From positions 32,001 through 96,000 of the forward strand of contig CAVWBU010000041.1 in NCBI GenBank assembly GCA_963753345.1: a DNA stretch of 64,000 nt, written 5' to 3'. Shown here one piece after another: positions 40,465 to 51,074 of the stretch. The notes under the pieces are model-generated. The model saw only the letters and a list, made by a program, of their open reading frames with translations. It was not told the DNA's origin and did no database searches. A program made the position numbers and the translations under genes. The DNA is from an uncultured Fibrobacterota bacterium (GTDB lineage: Bacteria > Fibrobacterota > Chitinivibrionia > Chitinivibrionales > FEN-1185). Each line of letters opens with the position of its first letter. Within the stretch, counting starts at the first letter, position 1.

Positions 40465-42044
40465 ATGTCGTTTCGCCACAGGTCAGCCATTCTCATTCCC
40501 AGCCTTCTAATAATTTTTGCCGCCGCCCACCAGTCCCCCGCTCAGACACTCCCCACCTCAGGCGCGAATTTCTCCAACATAACCAGCAACGGCGTGTGGA
40601 CCTGGTACGGCGAGCCCAAGGCGGTTTACTATGAGGGAGCGCACAAGCGCACCTACATAGGCTGGATTTCCAACACAGGGACAGTCGCGGTAGCCTCCTA
40701 CGACCACGAGACCGGCGACACGCTCACGCATGTCATCCGCCTCAACTACGATCTCGACGACCATGCGCACCCGAGTATTATCATGAGGCCCGACGGCAGG
40801 TTGCTGGTTGCCTTGGCCGCGCACGATGGCGCAATCCTGAGCATCTACATAGCCACGAACCCTGAGGACGTTTCGTCGTTCGGACCCGAAAACCAGGTCC
40901 ATGCGGACCCGGGCGCCGGGTTCTGTTATCCCAACCTTTTGTGGCTTTCCGCCGAAGGCGACAGCGGCAGGCTGTACTGCTTTATCCGCGGCCTGGAAAC
41001 GCTGCCCTCTTATTTGTACTCGGACGACTGGGGAACTACGTGGACGCACGCTCGGGTGTTTTTCCACAGCACCGACAGCACGCCCAAGCCCTATTGCAAG
41101 TATGCCAGCAACGGCAAGGATGAAGTCCACATGGTTATCGAGCGCGGCAACCGCCAAGCCAGTTATCCTTCATATTATATGAAATACAAAGCCGGTGTGT
41201 TTTACCAGGCGGATGGGACGCCGTATCGCCGACACGGCACATCTGCCCATCTGGAATTACCTCATCGATACGTTGCACAATCCGGCCCTTGCAAAAGCCA
41301 ATGGATCCGTGTGGGACGTGGCGATTGACGCATTCGGAAGACCCGTCATAGTGTACGATCAATTCCCGGATGGCAACAATCATTACTATATGTATTTTCG
41401 CTGGACAGGGACATCGTGGTTCAAGAAAACCCTGCTCGACGCGGGCATGAACATGGGCGGGCAGGACGGATTTGCCTCCGGCATAACGCTCGATCACGAA
41501 AATCCATCCATCGTTTATCTTGCCCGCCAGATAGGGTCGGTGCCTGAACTTGACAAATGGGTCACGACGGACAGCGGGACCACGTGGGACACCATGGCGA
41601 TAACACGCGGGCTCCGCAAAAAAGAATTGTCGCCCATGCGTGCCGCGCGGCCACAAGGCGGGCGGGAACATCGAACTGATCTGGCTTTATGGGGACTACA
41701 CCACTTATGACGGCGGCGCCTGGAACATGGCGGTAAATGTGTATCCGTTCAGGCAGGCTGTTTCCGCGCAGGCGCCGGTCCGGGAACCAGGATCGTCCGC
41801 AGCAGCTTTGAGAGTCACTTCTTCGGGATTGTCCATGATTATTTCAGAGCCCGGAGCGTCATCGCTGCGGCTGTTTTCCCTCAACGGACAGCTTGCGGCC
41901 GACCTGACCTCGCGGGTAAAGGCGATGCGCGCCGGACAATCGTTCGTTCCTTACAGTGCATTTGGTCATGCAAACGGCGCATTTATTGTTATATTTGCCG
42001 ATGGGAAACGTTTGATTTCAAAAACCATTATTCTTTCAAGGTAG
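40465..42044 (+). CDS. BNR-repeat beta-propeller (paralog 6), frameshifts near 41221 and 41610
   Basis: Three overlapping ORFs (40465-41328, 41195-41710, 41640-42044) reconstruct one paralog; DDHAHP. Confidence 0.78.
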
Positions 42045-42059
42045 TCACGGAGGTTTTCA

Positions 42060-43624
42060 ATGCCTTCACGTAAATCAATTGTAACGGGCGCTGTCCTTGT
42101 CGCATCATTCGCCTGCCTGACGTTCGCCCAGTCATTCCCAAAGCCGGCGCGAACTTCACCTCTGCCACGGACAATGGTGCGTGGACCTGGTACGGCAATC
42201 CTGTTGCCGTTTACCACGAGGGCACGTACAAGAAAACCTACATGGGCTGGATCTCCAACACCGGCGTTGTCTCCGTGGCGACGTACGACCATACTGCGGG
42301 TACCATGGCCACCCATGTGATGGGGAGTATGGCGGCCGACGATCACAGCCATCCGAGCCTGCTGATACGGCCTGACGGAAGACTCATGGTGTTTTTCTCG
42401 GGCCACGACGGCGCCACCATGAATCTCTACATTGCCACCCACCCGGAGGACATCTCCGCGTTCGACTCTTTGATAAAAGTTGCGCCCGGCGTCACCTACT
42501 GCTATCCCAACCCGATGTGGTTGAGCGACGAGGGCGACAGCGGCAGGATCTACCTCTTCTACCGCAGCCTCGGACTCAAGCCCTGTTTTTCCACCTCGGA
42601 CGACTGGGGGAAAACGTGGACTCCCACGAAGAATTACTACACAAATCCCGACAGCACGCCCAAATCGTATGCGAATTACTGCTGCAACGGCAAGGATGAA
42701 ATCGATATCGTGATTGAAAAGGGACACCGCGCAGGCTACTGGCCGCTCTATTACCTCAAATACAAGAATGGCGCATTCTGGAAAGTAAACGGCACGAAAC
42801 TGGCAACGATGGACCAGTTGCCTGTCATCAACACCGTATTAGACACCGTAATGGATCCCCAGGCTGCGGGCTGCCACGGCTCGGCCTGGGACATCGCGCT
42901 CGACAACTCCGGACTGCCCGTTATAGCCTACGACCAGTTCAAGGATGCAAACAACCATGTCTACTATTATGTCCGCTGGACCGGAACAACATGGTTCAAG
43001 AAGGCGCTTGTCAACAGCGGCGCCGACATGGGCGCGGAGGACGGGTTCGCGGGCGGAATCACGCTCGACCACGAAAACACCGGCAACATCTACATGTCGC
43101 GCCAGATAAACGGCCTGCATGAGATTGACAGATGGACAACTCCTGACGGCGGGACCAACTGGGATTCAACGGCCATCACGCGCGGATCAGCCAACAAGAA
43201 CACGCGGCCCATTGTTCCGCGATACCACATCCCCTACGACAAGATCGACGTGGTGTGGATGTACGGAAGTTACTCCGCATTCACCGGCACCGGGTACAAC
43301 ACGGCGGTGAAGATGTACCCGTACAATGAGCCTGTGGGCTTGAGACCTTCGGAAAAATCGTCTTTTGTTGCTCATGGCGCGGGCATTACCGTTCAATCTT
43401 CAGGAATTTCTTGTTATCTCGTTAATCCCGGCGCATCGTCGCTCGCCATGTACAGTCTGAACGGAAAGCTTGTTGCAAATGTGTCATCAATGGTTCGGTC
43501 AATGAGCGCAGGGCGGGTATTTGTCCCCTTCTCCAAAATCCGCTGCGCATGCGGCGCCTATCTGCTTGAGTTCAATGACGGGAATTCAAGGACAATGAAG
43601 TACATTACAGTTTCCCGGCAGTAA
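42060..43624 (+). CDS. BNR-repeat beta-propeller (paralog 7), frameshift near 42145
   Basis: The signal peptide in ORF 42060 joins ORF 42242-43624 through PKP(G)ANF..WTWYG; DDHSHP. Confidence 0.8.
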
Positions 43625-43685
43625 GAAAACAGATAGTGCGGACATCCTTGTTTTTCTTTATTATATTGGGTGAATGATCAAGACA

Positions 43686-43714
43686 GGTACCCTGAATCTT
43701 CAGGGTACCCTTTT
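43686..43714 (+). terminator. Rho-independent terminator-like hairpin
   Basis: GGTACCCTGA-ATCT-TCAGGGTACC followed by CTTTT. Confidence 0.6.
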
Positions 43715-43792
43715 GTCAGGCAGCGTTGAAAGATGATTAGCACTTTGTTAATCGGTTAATACGAAAAGACCATCATCAAAAGGGGGAATCTC

Positions 43793-45466
43793 ATGCGATC
43801 CATTAAACTAACGGCTCTTTCGTTTCTATTTCTTGCAGTTGTCTTTGCCTTCCCGCAAAAGCTTCATGCGCAAACCATTCCCCAACCGGGTGAAAACTTC
43901 ACCGCAATCACCAACAACGGCATGTGGACATGGTACGGCGAACCAAAAGCTGTTTACTACGAGGGAGTGCACCGCCGCACCTACATAGGCTGGAACACCA
44001 ATATAAGCAGCGGCGCCCAGTATGTCGGATACTACGACCACGACACCAAGACGACCGCCCAGGTAGAGCTTCCAAGGCATTATCCTGCGGACGACCACAA
44101 CCACCCGAGTGTTATTGTGCGGCCCGACGGCCGTATCATGATCTTCCATACCGGCCACGACGGCAAGGAAATTTCCGAATATATTTCAAAAAACCCCGAA
44201 GACATCACGGCTCTTGATACTTTTACGGTAACCATACTTGACTGGTGCTGCTATCCGAATGTCTGCTTTCTCAAGAATGAAGGCACCCAGGGAAGATACT
44301 ATCTCTTCTTCCGCGACCTGAACCAGGAACCGTGGTTCCGCACCAGTGACGACTGGGGCGTTACCTGGAGCAAGGAACTCAATCTCTACACGAACAACCC
44401 GCACGGCTACAAACCGTATTTCAAATGCGCCTCGAACGGCATTGACGAAATCCATATCGACGTGGAGCGCGAAAACCGCGCCGGCGGCGGCAACATCCCC
44501 ACCTATTACATGAAATACAAGAACGGCTCTTTCTATCAGGCGAGCGGCAAGCTGATCGCCACCATGGCCCAACTGCCTATTGTCAACACCGTTCTCGACA
44601 CCGTGATATATCCCGGCGCCTACGGCGCAGGCGGCACGGTGTGGGACATCATGTACGATAAAAACGACAATCCGGTTATTCTGTACGATATGTTCTTCAA
44701 CAACAACTCGACTCATGTGTACTGGTATTTGCGGTGGACCGGAAGCTACTGGTTCAAAAGGCCGCTGGTGAACAGCGGCAACAACATGGGCGTCGCCGGG
44801 CAGCAGTTCTGCGGCGGGTTTACCTTCGACCACGAAAACCCGAACGTTATCTACGTGTCGCGCCAATTGTTGAAACCCAGCGCCACCCCGTTCAACCTTG
44901 CGGACACGAGCTTTGCAAACTACAAGAAGATTGCCCTAACGAATTTTGTGACCGTCGATTCCGGGTTCGAACTTGACAAGTGGACCACCGCCGACGGCGG
45001 CCTTACCTGGGACTCGATCGCCATAACCCGCGGTTCGGCCGCGAAGAATATCCGTCCCTGCGTGCCGCGCGGCCACAAGGACAGTATGAACATCAACCTC
45101 ATCTGGCTCGACGGCACCTGCACGAGCATGGGCGGCACGGGATACAACATGGCGGTGCGGATGTATCCGACCGACCGGGCCGACAATGCCGCGCCCCTAG
45201 CGAATCCCGTGCGGGCGACATCTTCCGACATCCGCATGGCAGGCTCCGGCATGGTGGTGACCCTTGTTCGCCCTGCTGCCGCATCCTTGAGGATCTACTC
45301 GCTGAACGGGGCTCTTGCCGCCGATCTCACGCCGGTGATACGGAGCATGGCGGCCGGTGCACAAACGGTGCCGATGTCGGCGCTGAGGCTCGGCAAGGGG
45401 ACCTATGTTGCAAGGCTTGACAACGGGAAATCAATAATCGAAAGGAACGTGGTCGTCAACCGCTAG
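43793..45466 (+). CDS. BNR-repeat beta-propeller (paralog 8)
   Basis: DDHNHP, TGHDG, SDDWGVTW; tail LRIYSLNG...GTYVARL. Confidence 0.85.
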   Translation: MRSIKLTALSFLFLAVVFAFPQKLHAQTIPQPGENFTAITNNGMWTWYGEPKAVYYEGVHRRTYIGWNTNISSGAQYVGYYDHDTKTTAQVELPRHYPADDHNHPSVIVRPDGRIMIFHTGHDGKEISEYISKNPEDITALDTFTVTILDWCCYPNVCFLKNEGTQGRYYLFFRDLNQEPWFRTSDDWGVTWSKELNLYTNNPHGYKPYFKCASNGIDEIHIDVERENRAGGGNIPTYYMKYKNGSFYQASGKLIATMAQLPIVNTVLDTVIYPGAYGAGGTVWDIMYDKNDNPVILYDMFFNNNSTHVYWYLRWTGSYWFKRPLVNSGNNMGVAGQQFCGGFTFDHENPNVIYVSRQLLKPSATPFNLADTSFANYKKIALTNFVTVDSGFELDKWTTADGGLTWDSIAITRGSAAKNIRPCVPRGHKDSMNINLIWLDGTCTSMGGTGYNMAVRMYPTDRADNAAPLANPVRATSSDIRMAGSGMVVTLVRPAAASLRIYSLNGALAADLTPVIRSMAAGAQTVPMSALRLGKGTYVARLDNGKSIIERNVVVNR

Positions 45467-45541
45467 GCAAGGCAGGGGTCTTCGGATCAACGTTACGTAA
45501 CACGAACCGTGACATCTGCTCATCCGGGAAGAGGAGCTTGT

Positions 45542-46891
45542 ATGCGCAATCGGATTCTTGTCCTCGTGGCGGCAGTTGTTGCGCTGTGCCTGTCCGCCTG
45601 GGCCCAGCCCGAGTTTTCCCCCGACAGCATCAAGGGCGCCTGCAAACGCGTGGCAAAGGCGCGCCTGAAATCGACCCAGGACAACGGTTGGCAGGGCGGC
45701 ACCTACTACGAGGGCGTGATGGCCCTCTATTACATGACAAAGGAGCAAGGCTACCTCGACACCACCGTAGCATGGGGCAAATACCACAACTGGATTTCGT
45801 CGTCAGGCGACAGCGCACCCACCAACTCGGACAACGTGGGATGCTATCAGGCATACCTTGAAGCCTACATGCAGAACCCGCTCCCTGCAAACGCCGGCTG
45901 GATCGCCGCGCCTATTGTGTATGTCAACAGAAACACCTACCAGATTCAACCGTCGTGGCCCATCGTCGACCAGTACCACATGTCGGCCGCGAACTTTGTG
46001 CGCGTGGCCGCGATCAACCACGACAGCGTAATTCTCGATTCACTGTACAAATTCTGCACGACGATTGCAATGCGCCATTACAACGTGAAGGACAGCCTGT
46101 TCAACAGCAACTGCAGCGACACGTCCCAGCCGCGCGACGCCTACTGGGGCCGCGGATGCGGCTGGGGAGTGATGGCACAGTGCCGTATCCTTCAGATGCT
46201 TCCGAAGTACCACTATTCGGCACCCTGGTACAAGGACAAGCTCCGTGCAGTGCTCTATCGACTCCTGCGACTCCAGAACCAGACCGACGGCATGTGGCGC
46301 AGCGACCTGATCAACCACCCAGAATGGAACAAGGAAGCAAGCTCCACTGGGTTTTTCGCGTTCGGCTATTTCTACGCCATCCGCAACGCAATCATCGATA
46401 GCGCGACCTATATTGGTCCGGCCAAAATGGCCTGGAAAGGACTGCTCGATTGCATCGGCGTTGACCCTGCCCAGCCCAACCTGATCGGCTGGTCCCAGGG
46501 CGTGGGCGGTTCGCCTTCCAACAACTTCGGCATCACCAACCACGACGAATATACCGAGGGCGGGTTCTTCCTTGCGGGCAACGAATTCTACCGGCTGCTC
46601 ACCGAGGGCGTCGACCGGACGGCAACAGGCGTGTCGAACAATCATTTGTCAACAACCGCCGGTGTTACCAAGAGCGCTGCCTGCAGGTTGCTGCTGTTTT
46701 CTTCCGTAAACGGGCGGATTTCGGTCCCCGCGGCCACGCGCAGTTTTGAAGTGTACAGCATGAGAGGACAACTGCTGTACAGACAGGCGGTCGAGGTGAC
46801 CAATAGTGAACAGACTGTCACCCTGCCTGAAGCAGTTCGGCATGCACCGGCGATTGCGGTGAGGTTTACAGGCCGCTCAGCAGGTTGCTGA
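45542..46891 (+). CDS. GH105/GH88 unsaturated uronyl hydrolase with sorting tail
   Basis: W.GGTYYEG, SDNV, VDQYHM, YWGRGCGW, GMWR, EASST, GGFFLAG. Confidence 0.82.
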   Translation: MRNRILVLVAAVVALCLSAWAQPEFSPDSIKGACKRVAKARLKSTQDNGWQGGTYYEGVMALYYMTKEQGYLDTTVAWGKYHNWISSSGDSAPTNSDNVGCYQAYLEAYMQNPLPANAGWIAAPIVYVNRNTYQIQPSWPIVDQYHMSAANFVRVAAINHDSVILDSLYKFCTTIAMRHYNVKDSLFNSNCSDTSQPRDAYWGRGCGWGVMAQCRILQMLPKYHYSAPWYKDKLRAVLYRLLRLQNQTDGMWRSDLINHPEWNKEASSTGFFAFGYFYAIRNAIIDSATYIGPAKMAWKGLLDCIGVDPAQPNLIGWSQGVGGSPSNNFGITNHDEYTEGGFFLAGNEFYRLLTEGVDRTATGVSNNHLSTTAGVTKSAACRLLLFSSVNGRISVPAATRSFEVYSMRGQLLYRQAVEVTNSEQTVTLPEAVRHAPAIAVRFTGRSAGC

Positions 46892-46932
46892 AGCGGAATG
46901 TGATTGCGGCAGCGTCCCGAAGCGTTGCAGCA

Positions 46933-46964
46933 GAAAAGGCCCCGACGTCAAGCGGGGCCTTTTC
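46933..46964. terminator. Bidirectional terminator
   Basis: GAAAAGGCCCCG...CGGGGCCTTTTC between convergent genes. Confidence 0.8.
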
Positions 46965-46989
46965 ATTCTTGCTACACCGTATACCGGGT

Positions 46990-48567
46990 TTACCTGAGGA
47001 CAAATTTCTGTTGATGGACCTGGCTGCCCACTGTCACCCGCATCAGATACACGCCCCTGAGCCCGGACGGAAGCGTGAGGCCCACCGAAGTGCCTGACAT
47101 CGAAGGTCTTTCCAGTCTGTAAACGAGCCTGCCGCTCATGTCGACCACGACAATCGAAACCGGCCCGTTGGGCATCTTGCCGAATTCGACCGCCACACGG
47201 TTGCCGCCGAGGAATGTTATCTTGAATTCCTTGACCGCGTCTTTGACGGCGGTTCGCACGGGCGAATACTCGAATATTGCGTTGTTCGCGGGAAGCACGG
47301 GCATGTCGGCAGGCACGACGAAGATCTCACTGGGCAAAAGCGGCGGGACCCCGCCATTCTGCCAGGCAAGAGCATCGGCCGCGCTGAGCGAGTCCTTTTC
47401 AAGAGCGAGAAGGTCCATCTTATCGTCCACGAAACCGAACACCCCGCCGTAGTTTCCGGTGTTTCCGGAGAGATTGTACTTGCAGGCCCAGATGAGGGGC
47501 ACGGACCCTGCAGTCGCAGTAGACGTATCGGGGGAAATCGCCTGGATCATTTGGTACACAGTGGTTCCGTCGTTTCTGTAAAGGCTCCAGTATATGTTGC
47601 GATCCCATGCGTCTGTGGACTTCAGATAAACGCCGAAACAACCGATATAGGGAATATCCGAAATGTAACTCTTGTCGCCGGTGACGACTCTTGCCTCGGC
47701 CGTGTAGCCGGTCAGCTGGAGTTCCTTGATCATGCCGGTAATCGTGTCCGGAAACCCGGCGAAGATCGCGGCATACCATCCACTTGCGTTTGTGGAATCA
47801 ACCTGGTACTGATATGCGCGGTTCAGACTCGTGGAGTCGGGCGCGAGGCTGAGGCTTGAAGAACCGGACGGCGTAACATTGCCGTACCAATCGGTGGTAT
47901 ATTGAACGAGATTGGCAATCGGGACCAGGTAGGTGGATCCGAGCTGAAGGGTTTTCTTCATGGTGCCGTACGTCAGCACGAAGGTGAACGGAACATTGGT
48001 GGCCTTGTCAAACTCGATTGGAATGGTGGCCGGGGTCTGTGCGCACCCGTAGGTAAACGCGGTTTTTATCCCGAATTGCGGTCCCGCGCTGTCTGCGGTG
48101 AGCGGGACAGTATAGAGAATCCGGATCTTCTTGGAATTACCGATGGTGTCGGGAAATATCTTAAATTGATAGATATTGTCGCCCACTTTCTGGAGCAGGC
48201 CAGGGCAAGGAGGACCACCAAGCTGTCCTTCCATGCTCCTTTCCCTCAATTTCGCCTTAAGCAGCACGTTTCCGTTCCACACAAGCATCGAACGGACCGC
48301 CGATCCAGACGTCAGTTCGAACTGGCCCTCAATCACAAGTGTTGTCGGATCGCCGCCCGACTGTACCTGTCCCTGCGCGGATATTACCGCCTCTTCTTCA
48401 ACATCGACATAGAAGGGATGGATGATCATGTGTATAGTGTTTGATTCCAGCTTGCACGGGCCGGACGAACTCCAGTAGGTTGCGTTCGTGGTCTGCCACG
48501 TGATCTGGCCGAAGACTGCAAATGCCTGGGCAAGGACAATGAGGAAAAGGGCGTGTAGAAACCTCAT
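46990..48567 (-). CDS. Secreted protein with VIT-like N-terminal domain and T9SS-like tail
   Basis: Signal peptide; IEGQFEL..GSAV..M.VWNG...KA; tail VVDMSGRLV...GVYLMRV...QKFVLR. Confidence 0.68.
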   Translation of the reverse strand: MRFLHALFLIVLAQAFAVFGQITWQTTNATYWSSSGPCKLESNTIHMIIHPFYVDVEEEAVISAQGQVQSGGDPTTLVIEGQFELTSGSAVRSMLVWNGNVLLKAKLRERSMEGQLGGPPCPGLLQKVGDNIYQFKIFPDTIGNSKKIRILYTVPLTADSAGPQFGIKTAFTYGCAQTPATIPIEFDKATNVPFTFVLTYGTMKKTLQLGSTYLVPIANLVQYTTDWYGNVTPSGSSSLSLAPDSTSLNRAYQYQVDSTNASGWYAAIFAGFPDTITGMIKELQLTGYTAEARVVTGDKSYISDIPYIGCFGVYLKSTDAWDRNIYWSLYRNDGTTVYQMIQAISPDTSTATAGSVPLIWACKYNLSGNTGNYGGVFGFVDDKMDLLALEKDSLSAADALAWQNGGVPPLLPSEIFVVPADMPVLPANNAIFEYSPVRTAVKDAVKEFKITFLGGNRVAVEFGKMPNGPVSIVVVDMSGRLVYRLERPSMSGTSVGLTLPSGLRGVYLMRVTVGSQVHQQKFVLR

Positions 48568-48882
48568 ACTCAGCCTTTCTGTTGAATCGGTGGCATAGCA
48601 AAGGCACTTTGATATTAATAATATATCGTCTTGCACGCAGGATTGCCATCCATGCATGATAAAAGTGGTTTCTGACAGAAAACACCATACTCCTGTTTGG
48701 AGACTTGACCATTGATACTGGTGACAAGGTAGATTATGGATGAAGACCCTGTGGCATGGCGCACCGGCAAGGCCTAAGGCGGACCCGAAAGCCTGGCGCC
48801 GTCGCGATAAAGGCTGCAGGGTTGCTGGTTTGAAGCTTCATTAATCATATCAATCAACCATCTCCAACGTAAAGTTCACCAT

Positions 48883-50181
48883 TTGTCAATAACCTCCCCT
48901 ACCCTTCTTCTCATCACGGCATCTTCCCCGGAAATCCAAAGGGTACGGCGGCCGCGCGTGCTCAATTTTCAGCAGATCACCATGCCCTATCTCGCCGCCT
49001 TTGCGCCGCCTCACTGGACTGTGCGCCACGTGGACGAGGCCGTGGAACCGGTCGATTTTGAAGCAGCCGCCGATGTGGTTGCGATCACCCTTCACACGCC
49101 GAGCGCGCCCCACGCATACGGCCTCGCCGACCGGTTCCGCCTGCGCGGAACAACCGTGGTGCTGGGCGGACCCCATGTCACCCTGATGCCCGACGAAGCG
49201 CAGGCCCACGCGGACGCGATCTTTTTGGGAGAGGCCGAAGAGAACTGGCCGCAGTTTCTTGCCGAATACAATGCACGCAAGTTCCGGCAGCGCTATTATT
49301 CCGCCGAGCCTCCTCTGCTCGATCATGCGCCGATGGCCCGCAAGGATCTGTTTCACCGGCGCGATTATACGGCCGGGGTCCTGTTCGCCGGACGCGGCTG
49401 TCCGCACCAATGCGATTTCTGCGCCATTGCGGTGATGTATCACGGCCGTATGCGCATGCGGTCGGTGGATGACATTGCCCGCGAATATGCTTCCTTCCAC
49501 GGCAAAGTGATCATCCTGTGGGACGACAATATCGCGGCTGACATTGAGTTCGCCAAAAAGCTGTTTCGGGCCCTCGCTCCCCACAGAAAATGGTGGAGCA
49601 GCCAGGCAAGCATTCATGCGGCCGACGATGACGAGTTCCTCGACCTGGCCGCCCGCAGCGGATGTAAGCAGCTGTTCATCGGATTGGAGTCGATATGCCA
49701 GGCAAGCATGAATGAAGTCTCAAAAGGATTCAATCGCGTGGACGACTACGGCCGAGCGATCGAGCGGATTCATTCCCACGGCATTGCCGTGCAGGCGGGT
49801 ATCGTGTTCGGATTTGACAATGATGCGGAATCGGTCTTCGGCGAGACCCTCGATTTCCTTGAGGCCGCTGGCGTGCAGAATGCGACATTCAACATTCTTA
49901 CGCCCTACCCCGCGACGCCTTTGTACCGCCGCCTGGAAGCACAAAACCGGATCCTGACCCGCGATTGGACAAAGTATAACGGCCGTGAGGATGTGGTGTT
50001 CTTGCCCCGGCGCATGAGTCCGGAGATTTTGCTGGAAGGGTACCGGTACGCAAACCGGCGGTTCTATTCTCCGAAGAGCATCGGGCGGCGCCTGTCGCGG
50101 TCGCCGGTGGGGCTGTGGTGGACCTTGCCGGTGAACCTTGCATACTCACTTGCACTGTGGTATTCGGGGCCAAAGCCGTGA
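48883..50181 (+). CDS. B12-binding-domain radical SAM protein
   Basis: VLGGPHVT, GEAE, RGCPHQCDFC, DDN, IGLES, TPYP. Confidence 0.92.
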   Translation: MSITSPTLLLITASSPEIQRVRRPRVLNFQQITMPYLAAFAPPHWTVRHVDEAVEPVDFEAAADVVAITLHTPSAPHAYGLADRFRLRGTTVVLGGPHVTLMPDEAQAHADAIFLGEAEENWPQFLAEYNARKFRQRYYSAEPPLLDHAPMARKDLFHRRDYTAGVLFAGRGCPHQCDFCAIAVMYHGRMRMRSVDDIAREYASFHGKVIILWDDNIAADIEFAKKLFRALAPHRKWWSSQASIHAADDDEFLDLAARSGCKQLFIGLESICQASMNEVSKGFNRVDDYGRAIERIHSHGIAVQAGIVFGFDNDAESVFGETLDFLEAAGVQNATFNILTPYPATPLYRRLEAQNRILTRDWTKYNGREDVVFLPRRMSPEILLEGYRYANRRFYSPKSIGRRLSRSPVGLWWTLPVNLAYSLALWYSGPKP

Positions 50182-50290
50182 GCACTTCGAACAAATCGCC
50201 GTCGCGTCTACAGGCCGTCTGACGACAGTTCTGGCATCATGCGTTGATTTTTGTGCATGCAGAATGACCGCCGGCCTGCCGAAGAAAAAC

Positions 50291-50320
50291 AAAAGCCGCC
50301 GTGACTTCCCGGCGGCTTTC
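50291..50320. terminator. Bidirectional terminator
   Basis: AAAAGCCGCCG...CGGCGGCTTT(T/C) between convergent genes. Confidence 0.75.
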
Positions 50321-50339
50321 TCCGTAATGTCAACCAGCC

Positions 50340-51074
50340 CTATCTCGGCAGCATGGAAAGCGGAGATCGGGGACCGGCAAGCATTTTGGCCGCCGGATTC
50401 TGAAGCTTGTACTCTTGCCAGGTGTTCCACAGGTGGCACGCGCTGCAGAGGCCGGGGTCGAACACTCCGTTGATGTGCGTCGCGGTATCCACGGTGGCGG
50501 ATGCCATGTTGTAGGCGCCGCCGTGGCAATTGTAGCATTTGTTGACATTGCCGCCCACGAGAGGCGTGCCCGTCGCGGGATACCGCTTGAGCGCATGGCC
50601 GAAGTGGAACGTGTAAATGCTTGTGGAATCCGCGGTGTTGGTCGAAAGATTGTGGCACGCGCCGCACGACCTGTCGATCGAGTCGGCGTTCCACGCGACC
50701 GTTGCGTGCGTCCCCTGCGGAATGCCGCCGTGGCAGTACACATTGCTGCACTGCATGGTTGATTTATCGTAAGCCGCCTTTCCGCTGTCGTTCCAGGGAG
50801 GGGTGAAAACAACGTCGGTGTCGCCGTTCATGTGCGTAACGTTATTGACGGAAAAGATGTCACGTGCGCTGTCCGCCTCGTATCCCGCATGGCAATACGA
50901 ACAGCGGTACCCCAGCGAGTCGACATGGTACAGATGCGCCCGGTCCCTGGGAGGCAGGTCGTGGCACAGGCCGCAGGTCCTGGCGGACACTACTTCCGGA
51001 GCTTCCGCGCGCTCGCTGCAGCCGGTGACGGCCAGAGCGGCGACTGCCGCCGCCATGCAAAGTGTTTTTCTCAT
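50340..51074 (-). CDS. Multiheme c-type cytochrome lipoprotein (CxxxxCH/CxxCH type, 6 heme motifs)
   Basis: Lipobox AVTGC; CGLCH, CSYCH, CSNVYCH, CGACH, CYNCH, CSACH; ATGA overlap with the upstream gene. Confidence 0.88.
   Translation of the reverse strand: MRKTLCMAAAVAALAVTGCSERAEAPEVVSARTCGLCHDLPPRDRAHLYHVDSLGYRCSYCHAGYEADSARDIFSVNNVTHMNGDTDVVFTPPWNDSGKAAYDKSTMQCSNVYCHGGIPQGTHATVAWNADSIDRSCGACHNLSTNTADSTSIYTFHFGHALKRYPATGTPLVGGNVNKCYNCHGGAYNMASATVDTATHINGVFDPGLCSACHLWNTWQEYKLQNPAAKMLAGPRSPLSMLPR

Noticed and set aside
41195-41710. Programmed ribosomal frameshifting in paralog 6
   Set aside because: Intact paralogs show simple single-base insertions at these points, and there is no conserved slippery site.
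31287-45466. Diversity-generating retroelement template/variable repeats
   Set aside because: No reverse transcriptase is present; similarity spans whole genes and the differences are not adenine-specific.
48760-48800. c-di-GMP-I riboswitch
   Set aside because: Only a loose GGCAA...AAAGCC resemblance; the GNRA-tetraloop stem and second hairpin are not evident.
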